Of a stretch of DNA of 64,000 nt, positions 12,705-25,706 are shown piece after piece; position 1 is the stretch's first letter; each line of letters starts with the position of its first letter. Made by a program: the position numbers and the translations under genes. Source of the stretch: Octopus vulgaris (taxonomy: Eukaryota); NCBI GenBank assembly GCA_951406725.2, contig OX597815.1, forward strand, positions 90,148,001 through 90,212,000, in the 5' to 3' direction. Under the pieces are notes generated by a model. It was not told the origin of the DNA. It did no database searches and worked only from the letters and a program-made list of their open reading frames with translations.

Positions 12705-12918
12705 ATATTGGTTTGAAATTTTGGCACAAGATCAGCAATTTCGGGGCATGCTTAAGTCGTTTACATTGACTCCAGTGCACAACTTTTCATTACTTTATCG
12801 ACCTCCAGAGGAAAAAGGGCAAGGTCGGCTTCGACGGCATTTGAACTCACTATATAAAGTCGGAATGGCACGAAATATTTTCTCCGGTGCGGTAACGATT
12901 CTGACTACACACTGCCTT
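12705..12918 (-). mobile_element. tRNA-SINE (family B)
   Basis: Minus strand GGCAGTGTGTAGTCAGAATCGTTA..GAGTTCAAATGCCGTCGAAGCCGACCTTGCCCTT..GTCGATAAAG. Confidence 0.7.
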
Positions 12919-13839
12919 ACAAAAGAGTGGTCAAACTGAAGAACGTTCGAGATTTATTCCTCATGATAACCAAGTTTATTGCTTTGTTATCTGAAGATAG
13001 AATTAGCCTAGCACATATTGATTTGCAATTATTATACTGGATACTATAGTGGAAACCAACAAGTAGAACCATACGTAGGGCTACAGAAACGTTAAGTTGT
13101 ACAAGATGATTCACTTGCAGCAATCTATTTAGGTTACACCAATCATAAATCGCTGCGGTACTTCCATATGTTTCGTAGAGGATGGAAAGGTATCCAAGTG
13201 TAGGTCAGTGACATGTGAAAGTGTTTTTACTTTTCTACTCTAATCAGCTCGTTTATCAAACAGAATTAATATACTATGTATTCTAAAACTGAGGAAGCTA
13301 AACAATAGTTTAATAATATGTCATTATTCTAAGAAGTCGCTCAATCCAGATGTGACGTACTTCTTCCTGTACTAATGAAAAACAGTACTCTATCTTAATT
13401 AGCAATGACAACAGTTATACCGAATTGGAAAACCGGAAATTTGAAACAATTACACTGTATTTACTCACATTAGTATTCTCTCGTATTCAATATATACTGC
13501 GTTTACTAGAGGGTCCAAAACTTTTTTGAGGTATAATTGCATTAATATAAAAGAAATAAAATTACATGAAGTAACATATATATTGCTGGAGATTAAGAAT
13601 AAGTAATATAATTGAGGATGGAGAACCCAGTGCTGTTACAAACTTTAAACTACGGTTAAAAACAAAACAAAGAACAAGTATAAAATCGTCAATGAATACG
13701 GACACGAAAATAGCAAAAATTGAATCGTAAAAATGCGGCCATATGGAGGAGCCAAGTATATGATCAAAGCTGAATAGTGAAATATTACAACAAAAATTAA
13801 GATGGGTGTATATAACCGGGTTCTTTCATTTTTTTCTAT

Positions 13840-14090
13840 TCTTTTAATTGTTTCAGTCATTTGGCTGCGGCCATGCTGAAGCACCGATATTACTCGAGCA
13901 AATAGACCCCAGGACTTATTCTTTGTAAACCTAGTACTTATTTCATCGGTTTCTTTTGTCGAACCGCTACGTTACTGGGACGTAAACACAAGCATCGGTT
14001 GCCAAGCGGTGTTGGGGACAAAAACAGACAAAAACATATACACGCACACACACACAAACACACACACACGCACACACAACACATACACAC

Positions 14091-14142
<52 letters not shown>

Positions 14143-14162
14143 ACACATATATATATATATAT
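13840..14162 (-). mobile_element. tRNA-SINE family A, 3' half only (head missing)
   Basis: Matches 11256-11580 and ends in the CA/TA tract. Confidence 0.85.
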
Positions 14163-16119
14163 CTCAAACATCATATTAAAGGTAAACATTTGAAGCAAAG
14201 GAAACTTTTCACCAAAAATGAAGAAAAAGACCTACTGCTCGTCAACTTAACAAAACAATGATTAAAGCATAAACGAAATATTTAAAACAAACAATCAAAA
14301 AAGAGAATATTCCCGCATCGGAAGATGTAGCTAATTCATAAATCTGTCGGTGAGTATTTCGAAATACCGTTGTAATCTATTCGTGGGTAAAAACCCGTAA
14401 GAAAGTGACTTCCATAACAGCAACGATGCACGGAACACGTTCATGGTTGAACTATATTAGCAAATATGTTTGAAACAACTCCTTTTATATCGTTTTCTAT
14501 TAACTTCCCAACCGATACTGGCTCACATCAACGTGCCACATTTTGCCAAGTAGGCAGATTCAGCCTTGAAGTTTAGGGACCGATAACGCCGTAAAACATG
14601 TAGTACCCCTGTTAGCTTTTACTTCGCCTTCAAACTCTTCTACCCGCAGAAGATTACTGAGTTTTTTCAGAACCAGGGCACTTCACGTATTACTGCAGAA
14701 TATTTCGAACAATTTGGACATTCCTCAAGCCAGTGATCCGTCTCTTCTGATACACGCAGTCTCACCAGATGTAAATAATGCTGCCACTACATGTCTTTAC
14801 TCTATACTTTAATATCAGTGGGTATTTGTATGTGTATGTGTGTATTTGTATACACGCACACACACATACACACATATATTTGTATGAGTGTGTGTTGTGT
14901 GAGATCTACATTTTATATATTTCACAATAAAGAAAATTATCGTATCATCTGCGATACACAGTATGTAATTACATCCTTAATACCTTTATAGTCACTTTGT
15001 GCACTGGTGATCAGTTGTCTACACCTATCTTTTATCACGGAACATTTGCACTAGAAGCAGATATTACATCACCACCAATTTTCTGTTGCCGTATAATTTA
15101 CTTCATTTTGTCGAATTCGACCAACATCAACTCGTTCAAAATCACATGCAAAATGAAAATGTAACTAAATTGGTTTAACGCAAAAGGTCGTTATGTATTA
15201 TATCATTAACAAGGCAACTTGTGGCTGTTCTTTACTATGCAGGATAGTTATTTTACTTTAGAATTATTATTCGTGCTGGCAAGTTAGGACTATAAATATG
15301 TTGACATCCCCATAAACAAAAGAGAAAAACCTAATATGATGCTATATGAACTATTGACCTTCTAAGCCGTAGATCCGTATACTAACGAGTCAGGCATCAG
15401 TTACTAATCATAATATCTTAGGACGTACATACACGTAATAGCTGAATAAAGATATATAGAAATAATTCAATATAGTTATTTCTGATGGTTAACGACCGGC
15501 AGAAGTGATGCAAATTTTAGAAAATTGCATGAGCCATAATGTCGTTCAGATTTTCATGCTTTATACCTCTAAACTATAATAGGTCATTGATATTACTCTA
15601 GACACCAACTAGGCAACTCATTCAATTGCTTCCATAATGTTGATTCGGGTTACAATCAATGTCTACTTCAGCATATCAGAGATTATATAATAAGAACCTG
15701 ATTTTCTACATCATATCAACGGCCTGCGATTTATTGCTACTAACAATACGCACCGAAAATAGTAAAAGAGAAAAATACCCTACCGCAGCAAATTTCAAAG
15801 AAGATTCTCGCTAAAAATTACATTACTTGTGGAAACCCAATTTCTTCATCTCTTTTCCTGTCACTCGTCATATAATATACCGTTGTCCAGGAAATAATTT
15901 ATGTAAAATTATGAATGCATAACCGATAAAATAAATACAAAGAAATGTATTAAAGCAAGTGATGCTTCACATAAATATCAATGCAAATGTATACCAAACG
16001 TGAAGAAATACAAAAAAATGAGAAGAGTACAGCCAGCCTCAGCAGCATCACATTAATAGGTTTATATAAAGTGGAATAAAATATGAAAAGAAGCACATAC
16101 ACACACTTATATATCTACT

Positions 16120-16945
16120 CTTTTACTCTTTTGATCATTTCAGTCATTCTATTGCGGCCAAGCTAGAGCTACGCCTTGAAAGGTTTTAGTCAAAGAACTC
16201 AACCCCAGAACTTATTTCTTAAGCCTAGTACTTATATTATCGGTTTCCTTTGGCGAATCGCTAAATTACTGAGACGTAAGCACACCAACAGTGGTTGTTA
16301 AGCGGTGATGTGGTACAAACACAGGCACATATACGTGTGTGGGAGGGGTGTTTCTTAATCATTATATGTGATTATATTATATGTGACCGTGTTTTGTTGT
16401 CAAAAGCAGGATACGTGAACCATATGAAGTCACATATAAATCGTAATACTCATATAGGTAATTATCTTGAACACCAACCACCTCTTACGACTTGTGTCAA
16501 ATGTCAAAAAACTGGTAAGACAATATCTGGTCTTAAAAGACATATGCTAGTTCAGAAAAACATTCCTTCAGAATCAGATTCCAAAACATATAGAATAAAC
16601 TTGAATAATATCTGTCGCTTGTATTTTAAACCCCCGTCAGTCAGCATCTGGTCTTAAAAGTCATATAAAGACTCATCAACGGAGGGATTGTACTGTATGA
16701 TGGGGTGTGGGGGTGTTGAAGGGACGGCTATCATCTCTGAAGATGAAGCAATCATCGTGTATGTATGTATGCATGTATGTGTTTAGATGACGGGCTTCTT
16801 TCAATTTCCGTCTACCAAATCCACTTACAAAGCTTTGAGGGCCCGAAGTTATTGTAGAGAACAATATCCCAAGGTGTCACGCAGTTGGACTGAACCAAGA
16901 CCTATGCGGTTCGGAAGCAAGCTTCTTACCACACAGCAACGCCTG
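16120..16945 (-). mobile_element. tRNA-SINE family A interrupted at its central microsatellite
   Basis: 16120-16335 matches the SINE 3' half; 16787-16945 matches the head half. Confidence 0.85.
16335..16785 (+). mobile_element. 3' end of an RTE-like LINE encoding three C2H2-like fingers, with (ATGT)n tail
   Basis: CDYIICDRVLLSKAGYVNHMKSH; CVKCQKTGKTISGLKRHMLVQ; ICRL..(frameshift)SASGLKSHIKTH; short UTR then TGTATGTATG. Confidence 0.6.
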
Positions 16946-17556
16946 ACCAAGAACATAGATGGGTTGAGCTTCACAACAGCTGTTTCAGATGCGATTTTTA
17001 TTGATGAACAAATCAATTACATCATCAAATACAATATTTTCTTCATGTGTCTAAAACTTTTAATCCAAAATTTAACATTTAAGATTCACTCGTCTCGAAT
17101 ATAATTTTTGACGCCCTCATTTCGATGACGATCAAAGAGATCTCTTCACTTTAAGAGATCTCTTTACTTGAAGTAGTGACACAAGTCCGTATATACATTA
17201 ATTTATGCATGAATGCGTATATATATTGCTGACAAACAGATGTGCTATTCTCGGCTTTTACTTAATGTTTTTATCTTCAAAATATCTTGCTTCAATTGGA
17301 TCTAGCAAATAATTAATAATGTTCATGTCTGTGTGAGTGTGTGTGTGTATTTGTGTCTATGTGCGTCTGTGCTTTTGCGTGTGTTTGCGTATGTACAGAT
17401 GGCTGTATATCTACATATCAAGTAATGTTCGTAGCCACTTCAATATGGCTGTTCTGTTCGAACCGACGTCACTGTGATTTTGTAACTCCAAGAAGATATC
17501 TTCTCTAGTTTGTTAACGATGCAGAGCTGCATCCGAACTAATGCGAGTAGGGCAAC

Positions 17557-17782
17557 GAACCCCTACCAACTTCTAACCATAGGACCAGCATACCAGTCTG
17601 GTTTCTGCCTATTTCTGCCTGTGTTCAGTACTGGACACCTCATCACTTGAATTGTGTATACATTGTGAACAGAGGCTACGGCCATCTCTAGCAGACGAGG
17701 AGTCCAGTACAGAAGAGCGGCAGAAATAGCCAGAAACCATACTAATACACTGGTCTCGTCGCTAGAAGTTGATAAGGGTTTC
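17557..17782. repeat. Fold-back inverted repeat (~90 bp arms, ~50 nt loop)
   Basis: 17557-17645 is the imperfect reverse complement of 17693-17782 (e.g. TGGTTTCTGCCTATTTCTGCC / GGCAGAAATAGCCAGAAACCA). Confidence 0.9.
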
Positions 17783-18635
17783 AGTCTACACCAGTCAAGA
17801 TATAAACGACATGATTTCCTATTGGAAACATGTAATGATTTTAGATCACTTTCTGAGATGTTATTCCAACACTGAAAGGGTACATATAAGAATATAGGAA
17901 CTTAGTTGGCAAAGGATTTACCAGTGTGTAATTCTTGTCGCAAGAAAGGGAGTGGACATGTCAGATTTTCTGTATTTTAAAAGAGATAATATCGATAAAT
18001 GCGGTCAGAAAGTCAACATTTTGGTTTTCTACCAGAACGATGTGTGTAGCTGCGTAACGAAGTGTTATGTCTTGTAAATGCAAAACGCATATAAGGATTC
18101 AACTGATGTACGGTAGTGCAGTATGCATACAAACCTGTAAGATTATTTTCGAATTCACTATACTTCTGAACCTAGAGAGCTGTCTTCGCCAACCGTTGTA
18201 AAAGCAATTCCCGTTGATATGTGCCACGCCAAAATGCATCAGAGCTGTCCAAATATTTAGTATCAACACATATGTATGTATGCATGCATGCATATATATC
18301 CATACACGCACATGCGCAAGCACATTCACACACATACAAATATGAATACATATGTAAATAGAAATAAATATAAATATGTGTGTGCGCGTGTGTGTGTGTA
18401 TGTGTCTGTGTGCATCCGTGTGTGTGTATGCGTGTGTGTGTGCATATATAGAATTTATATCTGTCAATTATGAAGTAAACGTCGTATATTCACTGATGTT
18501 CTGAAGAGGCATATGCCAATACAAAATGCCAATGTTTACAATTCTGTATTGGATTTAACAAACAACAGGCATTCAAGAACTGTTATAGTAACAGAAAGCT
18601 GAAAACCATCAGCAATGGTAACAAGTGCCTACACT

Positions 18636-19178
18636 TGCCCTAATGCAGTACAAGGCAGTGGTTCTCATGGCTTCTGCTATTAACTGATTGGAAGTGTTAT
18701 CATGTATATTGTTTGTTTTGTTATAAAATATGGGCTACAGCAAATATTCTGCTCAATACCACAGATTTACTTGTTAGCAGCTTGACATTAACCCGTTGGG
18801 CATGTCCCTTAGTGGCCGACAATATGTGCATCTCTGATCAATAGCTGAATTATTGGCGGTGCATCATACTCATGTGTTCAGAGGAATTAGTTTGAATAAT
18901 TCACCTCTGGAGACATGGCTGTTTCATTCAACAACATTAAACAACACTTTTTCAGAGACCATTTGTGATGGATGGGCTACTCGACCTCAATAAAATTCTA
19001 ACTTGGTCCACCTGCAAAATCATGCGCTGTTTACCTTGATATGAGATAACCATGTCGTGCACATATGGTTGTGATGCAGAAGCTTGGTGTACCCTTATCA
19101 GACGGGTAGTCATGATGGGTATATTGGTCTTCGTATATTTTTCCCAAGTGTTACTTGATGACATGCACTATTCTCTCA

Positions 19179-19181
<3 letters not shown>
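18636..19181. mobile_element. ~550 bp non-coding interspersed element, copy 1, abutting (TAA)n
   Basis: Collinear along its length with 23267-23819; same termini TGCCCT.ATGCAGTAC and CTCTCACT. Confidence 0.85.
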
Positions 19182-19264
<83 letters not shown>

Positions 19265-19271
19265 CAACAAC

Positions 19272-19345
<74 letters not shown>

Positions 19346-19438
19346 TAATAATAATGAGAGCATCAATCCACAGCACATACTCAAGGCACATAGAACTGTG
19401 TTCGGTAGTGCAGTGAAAGCACGTAAAAAATAAGACTA

Positions 19439-19522
<84 letters not shown>
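19182..19522. repeat. (TAA)n array containing an ~85 bp R4/Dong 3' tip (19356-19441)
   Basis: Insert matches the 3' UTR at 3239-3331 (CACAGCACATAC..CGGTAGTG.AGTGAAAGCACG..ACTACTGAATAAT). Confidence 0.92.
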
Positions 19523-19523
<1 letters not shown>

Positions 19524-19569
19524 TATATGTACCTTACTTGGGAGACTGAGGGAAAAGTAGCTTACTTGG

Positions 19570-19850
19570 GTGACTGAGGGAACAACTTTATGATTGTCTG
19601 AATGAAGGTGTAATACCAGAATGTATGGATAGAGGGCGAACAGTACTCCTTATGAAAGATAAAAGCAAGGGTAATGCAACTAGTAATTATAGACCAATCA
19701 GTTGTTTACCATTAGTGTGAAAGCTGTTTATAGGAATGCTCCCGGAGAGCATTTGCGAACACCTTGACAGCAAGAATTTGTTTCCTGCAGTTTGCAGGAA
19801 AAAGGATAGAGAAACGCATGATCCATTATAGATACACCAAGCAGTTCTAA
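19570..19850 (+). mobile_element. R4/Dong-type RT fragment
   Basis: LREQLYDCLNEGVIPECMDRGRTVLLMKDKSKGNATSNYRPISCLPLV*KLF. Confidence 0.85.
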
Positions 19851-19854
19851 TAAT

Positions 19855-20130
19855 CATTTCTACCATAGGCAGAAGGTTTGAAATTTTGTGGGAGAAGATT
19901 AGTCGATGACACTGACCCCAGCAATCAACTGGTACTTATTTTATCGACCCTGAAAGATGAAAGAAAAGTTGATCTCAGTATTTCGTCTCTTTACATTTTG
20001 AGTTCAAATTTCACTGAGGTCGATATTGCTTTTTATCCTTTCGGCTTCGTTGCGTACTGGGGTCGATCTAATCGACTGCTCCCACCCCATGATAACAATT
20101 CGACATTGTGCGTAGGCTAGAAAAGAATGT
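19855..20130. mobile_element. Two family-B SINE bodies in inverted orientation
   Basis: 19855-19977 minus, 19975-20130 plus (GAGTTCAAATTTCACTGAGGTCGA..TACTGGGGTCGATCTAATCGACT). Confidence 0.7.
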
Positions 20131-20399
20131 TTTTTTCATAACAATGACCATGACGACGATAAAGTTGATAAATCATGAGGTAACATTTGCATGTTGCAAA
20201 AGACTTTTCAATCCGTCACTCATACACAAATTTCGAAATGATGAATTTGGCATTAAAAACCCTTGAAGCGGTGCTAAAATTTTCACGAAACATTTCCCAG
20301 CAAGTAAGCGATAAAACCAAATGAAAAGACCTTTTGTACATACTTTAATCTCTAGCATTCAAAATGATAATTCCCATTTTTTTTTTCTTTTGTCATAGT

Positions 20400-21560
20400 T
20401 GTTCTTTCCAGATTTTTCATCTACTCAAACTACAATGGAGAAGTATATTCTTCCGCCAAATAAACAAAAGTTTCAAGCCCCCGAAATAGCATATCAGATA
20501 AAGTTTTCCGAGTTAACGCATATGGACATAAACACCAGTGATAACTAACCCAAGAAACCGATTTCACACTCAAATCCGAGTACAGATGGAAATTTAACAC
20601 TTCTAAAAGCCTGGAAAGGCGCTGTTGCTAATCACCTAAAATAAACTATCGAGGTATTGCTTGGCGCAATTCAAGAGTTATAAATCACAATGATAGCCAT
20701 TTGTAAAATTGTCGGTTATCCTACCATTTAAAAATTCAAAGAAAGAACCCAGACTCTTTAATCAAACCAAATCTCTTAATCTTTTTCGCACTACGTCTTT
20801 AATAACAAAATTCAGTTCTGACTAATTTAATATTTGTATCACTTTTATGTGCACTCAGTGATATTGCAAAAGATTTTGAGAAAATTTGGATTGAAGATTA
20901 GTGAACCATGATATCTCAAAATGACAACTATTAGCATAGCAAAATATTTGTGTATTTAAACCTCTGGAGATAATAGAAATTCCCAATATTTCTGAATCCC
21001 AAGTCCTATTCAAAAGCTTGTAGCAATAAAACAGTAGGAGAATGTACTTTTTGTTTTGTTTTATTTTGTTTTGTTTTTTCATAATAGTAATACATAGAAA
21101 AACATGGATAATTAGCAGCAGATATGTTGACAGCACTACGATAATATTAGCAAAGAACAGAACAGGTGACCTCGACAATCCTTGAAAACCCTACATTACC
21201 TATATGGAAGACAGTTAACTCACATCTCCGATTCCTAGTATATGAATTCTTACACTTTATCCTAGTTTCTTGATAAGGCATGTGCAAAGGCTACAATAGA
21301 ATAGCACACCCCATTTCGACAAGTATTTAATAACAAATATATCTCATACAAAACACAGAACTTCGTAACTTTGGACGTGCAGAGAGGCAACTCAGAAGAT
21401 ATAGTACAATATTTTCTGAAAGCAATGCTTCAGTAGAGACTTGACCTGAGAGGTAAAAAAAAGGCTGAAATACAAAACTATACATACATACACGCATGCA
21501 CATATTTTACTGATACTACTGACCAGAGAGCGCTTATATATTATAGTCTGATAAGAATAG
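20400..21560 (+). mobile_element. Decayed RTE-like LINE
   Basis: NYRGIA (~20644) and a VFNNKYISYKT-like thumb remnant (~21320). Confidence 0.35.
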
Positions 21561-23266
21561 CATTAAATAGTGACTTCGAAGTTTCACCTATTAAGCCATC
21601 ATCAGATGATCGGAGGATGGCTTAACAGCTATCCAGAATCTTCTTTTCAGAATTTGGATTTCTTTTCACCATGATGCGTACCAAAGAGAATAACAATATT
21701 AATTTGGGAATCACTAAACCTGAACCATAACTCCTTTTCCTGGCTAGATATGATGAGTCAGAATAGGATTTAAATTATGCCTGTTATGTCCCCATATTTT
21801 CCTATTTGAAAATAACCTTTACATACATTTTATGTTGCTATATTTCGTGTTAGTAATTTCGATTCCATTCCTATTTATTAATGGTATTTCAATATATGCC
21901 TATTTTCAGCCAATGCTTTAGAGCAACTATCTGTTGTGCTTTAAGTCATTTTTTATATTCTGAGTTAATAATTATTTTTGCAGCAACATATGTTGCATTA
22001 TTAGATATTCCTATTCATTGCCGTGTTAGTCTTAAGGCCCTGTAGTGTAAGTAGCTGTATGCTTCCATTTATCTTTGAAAGACATGTCTTATCAATTACT
22101 CAAATGTTTACTGGAAGAACTGCATGTATGTCTTCAAATTTCATTCCTATTTCGTAAACACGGGCAATTCGTATTATTTTGGAGAAATATAACTGCGATC
22201 TTATGAAATATTTTACTCCAGGTAGTTCATTCTTCTTATCATTTAGTAAGGTAGGAAGGTAGTACCCATATCACTTTACATGGATTCGGAGACTGGTATG
22301 CAAAAAGGAAACGAAGGTAACCTCAAACCAAATACCCGACTAAAATGCTTGTAACAGAACGGTCAAAAGCAAAGATAACCAAGATTCAAAGTGGTGATAT
22401 TCAACCTTCATATGTTCGCCTTAGAATAAATTAAGATAAATAACATAATTTAATAATCCTTCTTAACATATGAATGACTGATGTTCTCAAGAGCCTAACG
22501 AACGAAACGTTCAATAGATATAAACGCATGTTATATAGAACAGTCACATTTTAAAGATTTTCTAAAGTAAAAGATTTCCTGATGTTGACACAGCTTAAAT
22601 ATAAATAATTATATCAAAAATGACAAGAATGGAAATTTAAATTCTGTAACCTGTGCAAGCTTTCTGTAGTTATCATGACTAATATCAAATTCTACCACAA
22701 GTTGTTTTCCACGATTTCTGCATTTCGTATAATAGGTTGATGGCTCGCAGTTTCATTTGAAAATTGATTTAACTATTACTCCTGAGAAATGCCTTAAAAG
22801 ACCAAAATTATTCTGTCGTGCATAAAAGACATTACGTGACATCTAACAGACAGATTCTAATACGGCTTCAGACGTCTTAACTATAAATTGTCTGCAGGCG
22901 GTTCTCGTTTATATCATTTTTGATTTGATTTGATTGTATGTATGCAAATTGTATACGCGGGACTTATTCCACAGTTTGAGGATTAATTTAAACGTCATTT
23001 AAATCGTGTGTATAGTTTTAATGGCTTCATAATTATCTACCTCATTGATCGCTGTTTGTCCAATATTATATTATCTGCAAAGATTAGTCTGAATCTATGA
23101 TTCTGTAAAAGAATTCTACTGAGTAGAATATACAAATCTTCGAAATACATATAACATTTTTTTAATGAGTTGAAATTTTGAAGTAACATCTAAGTATGAT
23201 GATGATGATGATGATTATGATGATGATGATGATGATGATAACAACAACAACAACAATAATAATAAA

Positions 23267-23819
23267 TGCCCTGATGCAGTACTAGGCAGTGCTTCTCGTG
23301 GCTTCTGATCTTAACTGATTGGAAGTGTTATCATGTACATTGTTTTGTCTTGGTATAAAAGATCGGCTACAGCAAATATTCTGCTCAATACCACAGATTT
23401 CCTTGTCAGTTGTTTGGCTTTCACTAGTTGAGTATGTTCCTTAGTGGCTGACGATATGTGCATCTCTGATCACAAGCAGAAGTAGCGGGGGAGCATCATA
23501 GCCATATATTAAGAGGGATTGTTTGGGGTCTGAATAATTTACCTCTGGAAACATGGGTGTTTCGTTCAACATCTTTAAACAACCCTTATTCAGGGACCTT
23601 TTGAGCGGGATGGGTTACTCAATAAGAAGAAAATACTACCGGGGCTCCACCTGCAAGGTCATGTACTGTTTATCTTGATATGAGATCGCCATGCTGCGCA
23701 CATGTGGTTGTCATGCATGTGCCTAGTGTACCCTTATCAGACGGTTAGTCATGATGGTTATACTGGGCTTCGTATGTTTTACCAATATCACTTTGATGGC
23801 ATGCACTGCTCTCTCACTC
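23267..23819. mobile_element. ~550 bp non-coding interspersed element, copy 2, flanked by GAT/CAA/TAA and (TAA)n
   Basis: Homologous to 18636-19181. Confidence 0.85.
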
Positions 23820-23861
23820 AATAATAATAATAATGATAATAATAATAATAATAATAATAAT

Positions 23862-23898
<37 letters not shown>

Positions 23899-24000
23899 GT
23901 GCGACCATGAGATAGAGAATAGGAGACCAGACATAGTGCTAATTGAAAAAGAAAGCAACCGATGCGGGATGATAGATATGGCATGGGTAGCTGATAACAA
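23899..24000 (+). mobile_element. Short R4/Dong RLE fragment directly after (TAA)n
   Basis: CDHEIENRRPDIVLIEKESNRCGMIDMA. Confidence 0.75.
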
Positions 24001-24495
24001 ATGTATTTGACAGTTTTTGTCTAGAAGGTGAAAATATTTCTGAAATACCTAATATGCAAGGAGACAGTATATATAGGATAGGGTAGTTAATTATATTGCT
24101 GTAAAAAGTAAAGGGAAAAAATAAAATTAATACTTTTGATTTAGTACGGCTCTATGAATTAACATTTTTTTAGATGCTTTCGTCAATTGCTTGATACAAA
24201 AAGAAAAGGGAAAATCCTGACCAAATCAGAAAGATTCTAACTTAGCAAACAATATAGAAAGAGAAAGTTACGTTCATTTCCACTACGTGACACAGATTAT
24301 TACGCGCGCGCACACACACACAAAATCAGTGTAGAGTTGCATCTTTAATGTTTTTGCCCGCTACACGCTGTTTTAGGGTTTCGATAACATTTTAAAACCC
24401 TTTCTTTTCTATTTGGTATGTTGTTTTAAGACATGCCCTTGCACCTTTTTAAGCATATTCCTTTGCCTTTGGAGCATTCTACTAAAAGACCCAGA

Positions 24496-24497
<2 letters not shown>

Positions 24498-24555
<58 letters not shown>

Positions 24556-25660
24556 CCTTCTTTCTTCAAATTTTCTTCCATTTCTCGCCGAGTGTTTTAC
24601 GTACACCTAGGGAAGAGAAGCTCATTGTATGTATTACCAGATTACACACGAAAATTCACAGCTAAAATATTTATTTTAAAAAAATAATAAATAAATTCAT
24701 GAATGGATGTTGTTTTCACAGCGATAATGCACTTCTCAGTACATGAGTCGTTCCCGTTAACACGATTTTTGCACTTCCAGTAGGGATATTAAGCCTGGTA
24801 TCATTTTCAAATAGGTTACACAATGTTTTAAAATCATTCCTAGAGATCCTACAATCACTGGTACTGTAGTCGCCTTCAGATGCCACACTTTTTCAATTTC
24901 TATTAGCGTGTATTTATATTTACAGATCTTGTCAAATTCTGATGCCGCTATATTGTGATCGCAAGGAATAGCCATGTCAATTAATAAACACACCTTTTTT
25001 GTCTGATCTTTTATAATAATATCCGGCTTATTAGCTTTTATAGTTTTGACGGTATGCACGGGGAAGACCCAGGGAATCGACACATTTTTTCCCTCTATCA
25101 CAGCTTCAGGATAGTGTTTATACCATTTGTCTGCGGTTTTGATTTTATAATGCCGTCATACTGTCCAGTGTAAATACTGGCCGACTCTGTCATGCCTTGC
25201 TTTATATTCTACAGGTGTTAAGAATCTACAACCTGAGATTAGGCGGTCTATAATTTCAATCTCATCGTTACAGAATCGGCATTTTGGGTCAGCTCAATTT
25301 TTTATCACTTTGGCTCGGTAGTTCCGGGTTAATAAGCTTTGGTCTTGAGCAGCTAATATGGAACCTTCACTCTCTGCTTTTAGCCCTGAGTTTCGTAACC
25401 ATTGGTGCGTGTGTTTCAGGTCGACATCAGCTTGATTGCTACAGGCCACATACTTGCCATGCAGAGGTTTCTATTCCCATCTGCTAGCTAATTTTTCATG
25501 TGCTTTTCTCTTTGCAATTAATTTTATTTTCTTCGCAGCAGCGGTTGGCGCACTTCTTACAACCTGATCAATCTGGTAGTTATCTAAGAGATCAGTAGCG
25601 ATATTTTTGCTCTGTTTCAGAATAGAGTGAAGTGTTTTCGGTCTTTCACGTTTTTCAACC
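24498..25660 (-). mobile_element. 5'-truncated R4/Dong element (CCHC knuckle + RLE + 3' UTR + TAA tail)
   Basis: CRFCNDEIEIIDRLISGC; KANKPDIIIKD..LLIDMAIPCD..KYK..VIVGSLG; TAA/CAT repeats at both ends. Confidence 0.9.
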
Positions 25661-25706
25661 ATATCATCATCATCATCATTATTATTATTATTATTATTAT
25701 TGTTAT

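Noticed and set aside
14300-15150. Possible mariner remnant on the minus strand (also 57260-57700 and Tc1-like 28700-29200)
   Set aside because: Too degraded to support without a search
19151-19433. Poly-N/L/I ORFs (and poly-Y/I ORFs at 23.8-24.7 kb)
   Set aside because: Translations of (TAA)n arrays
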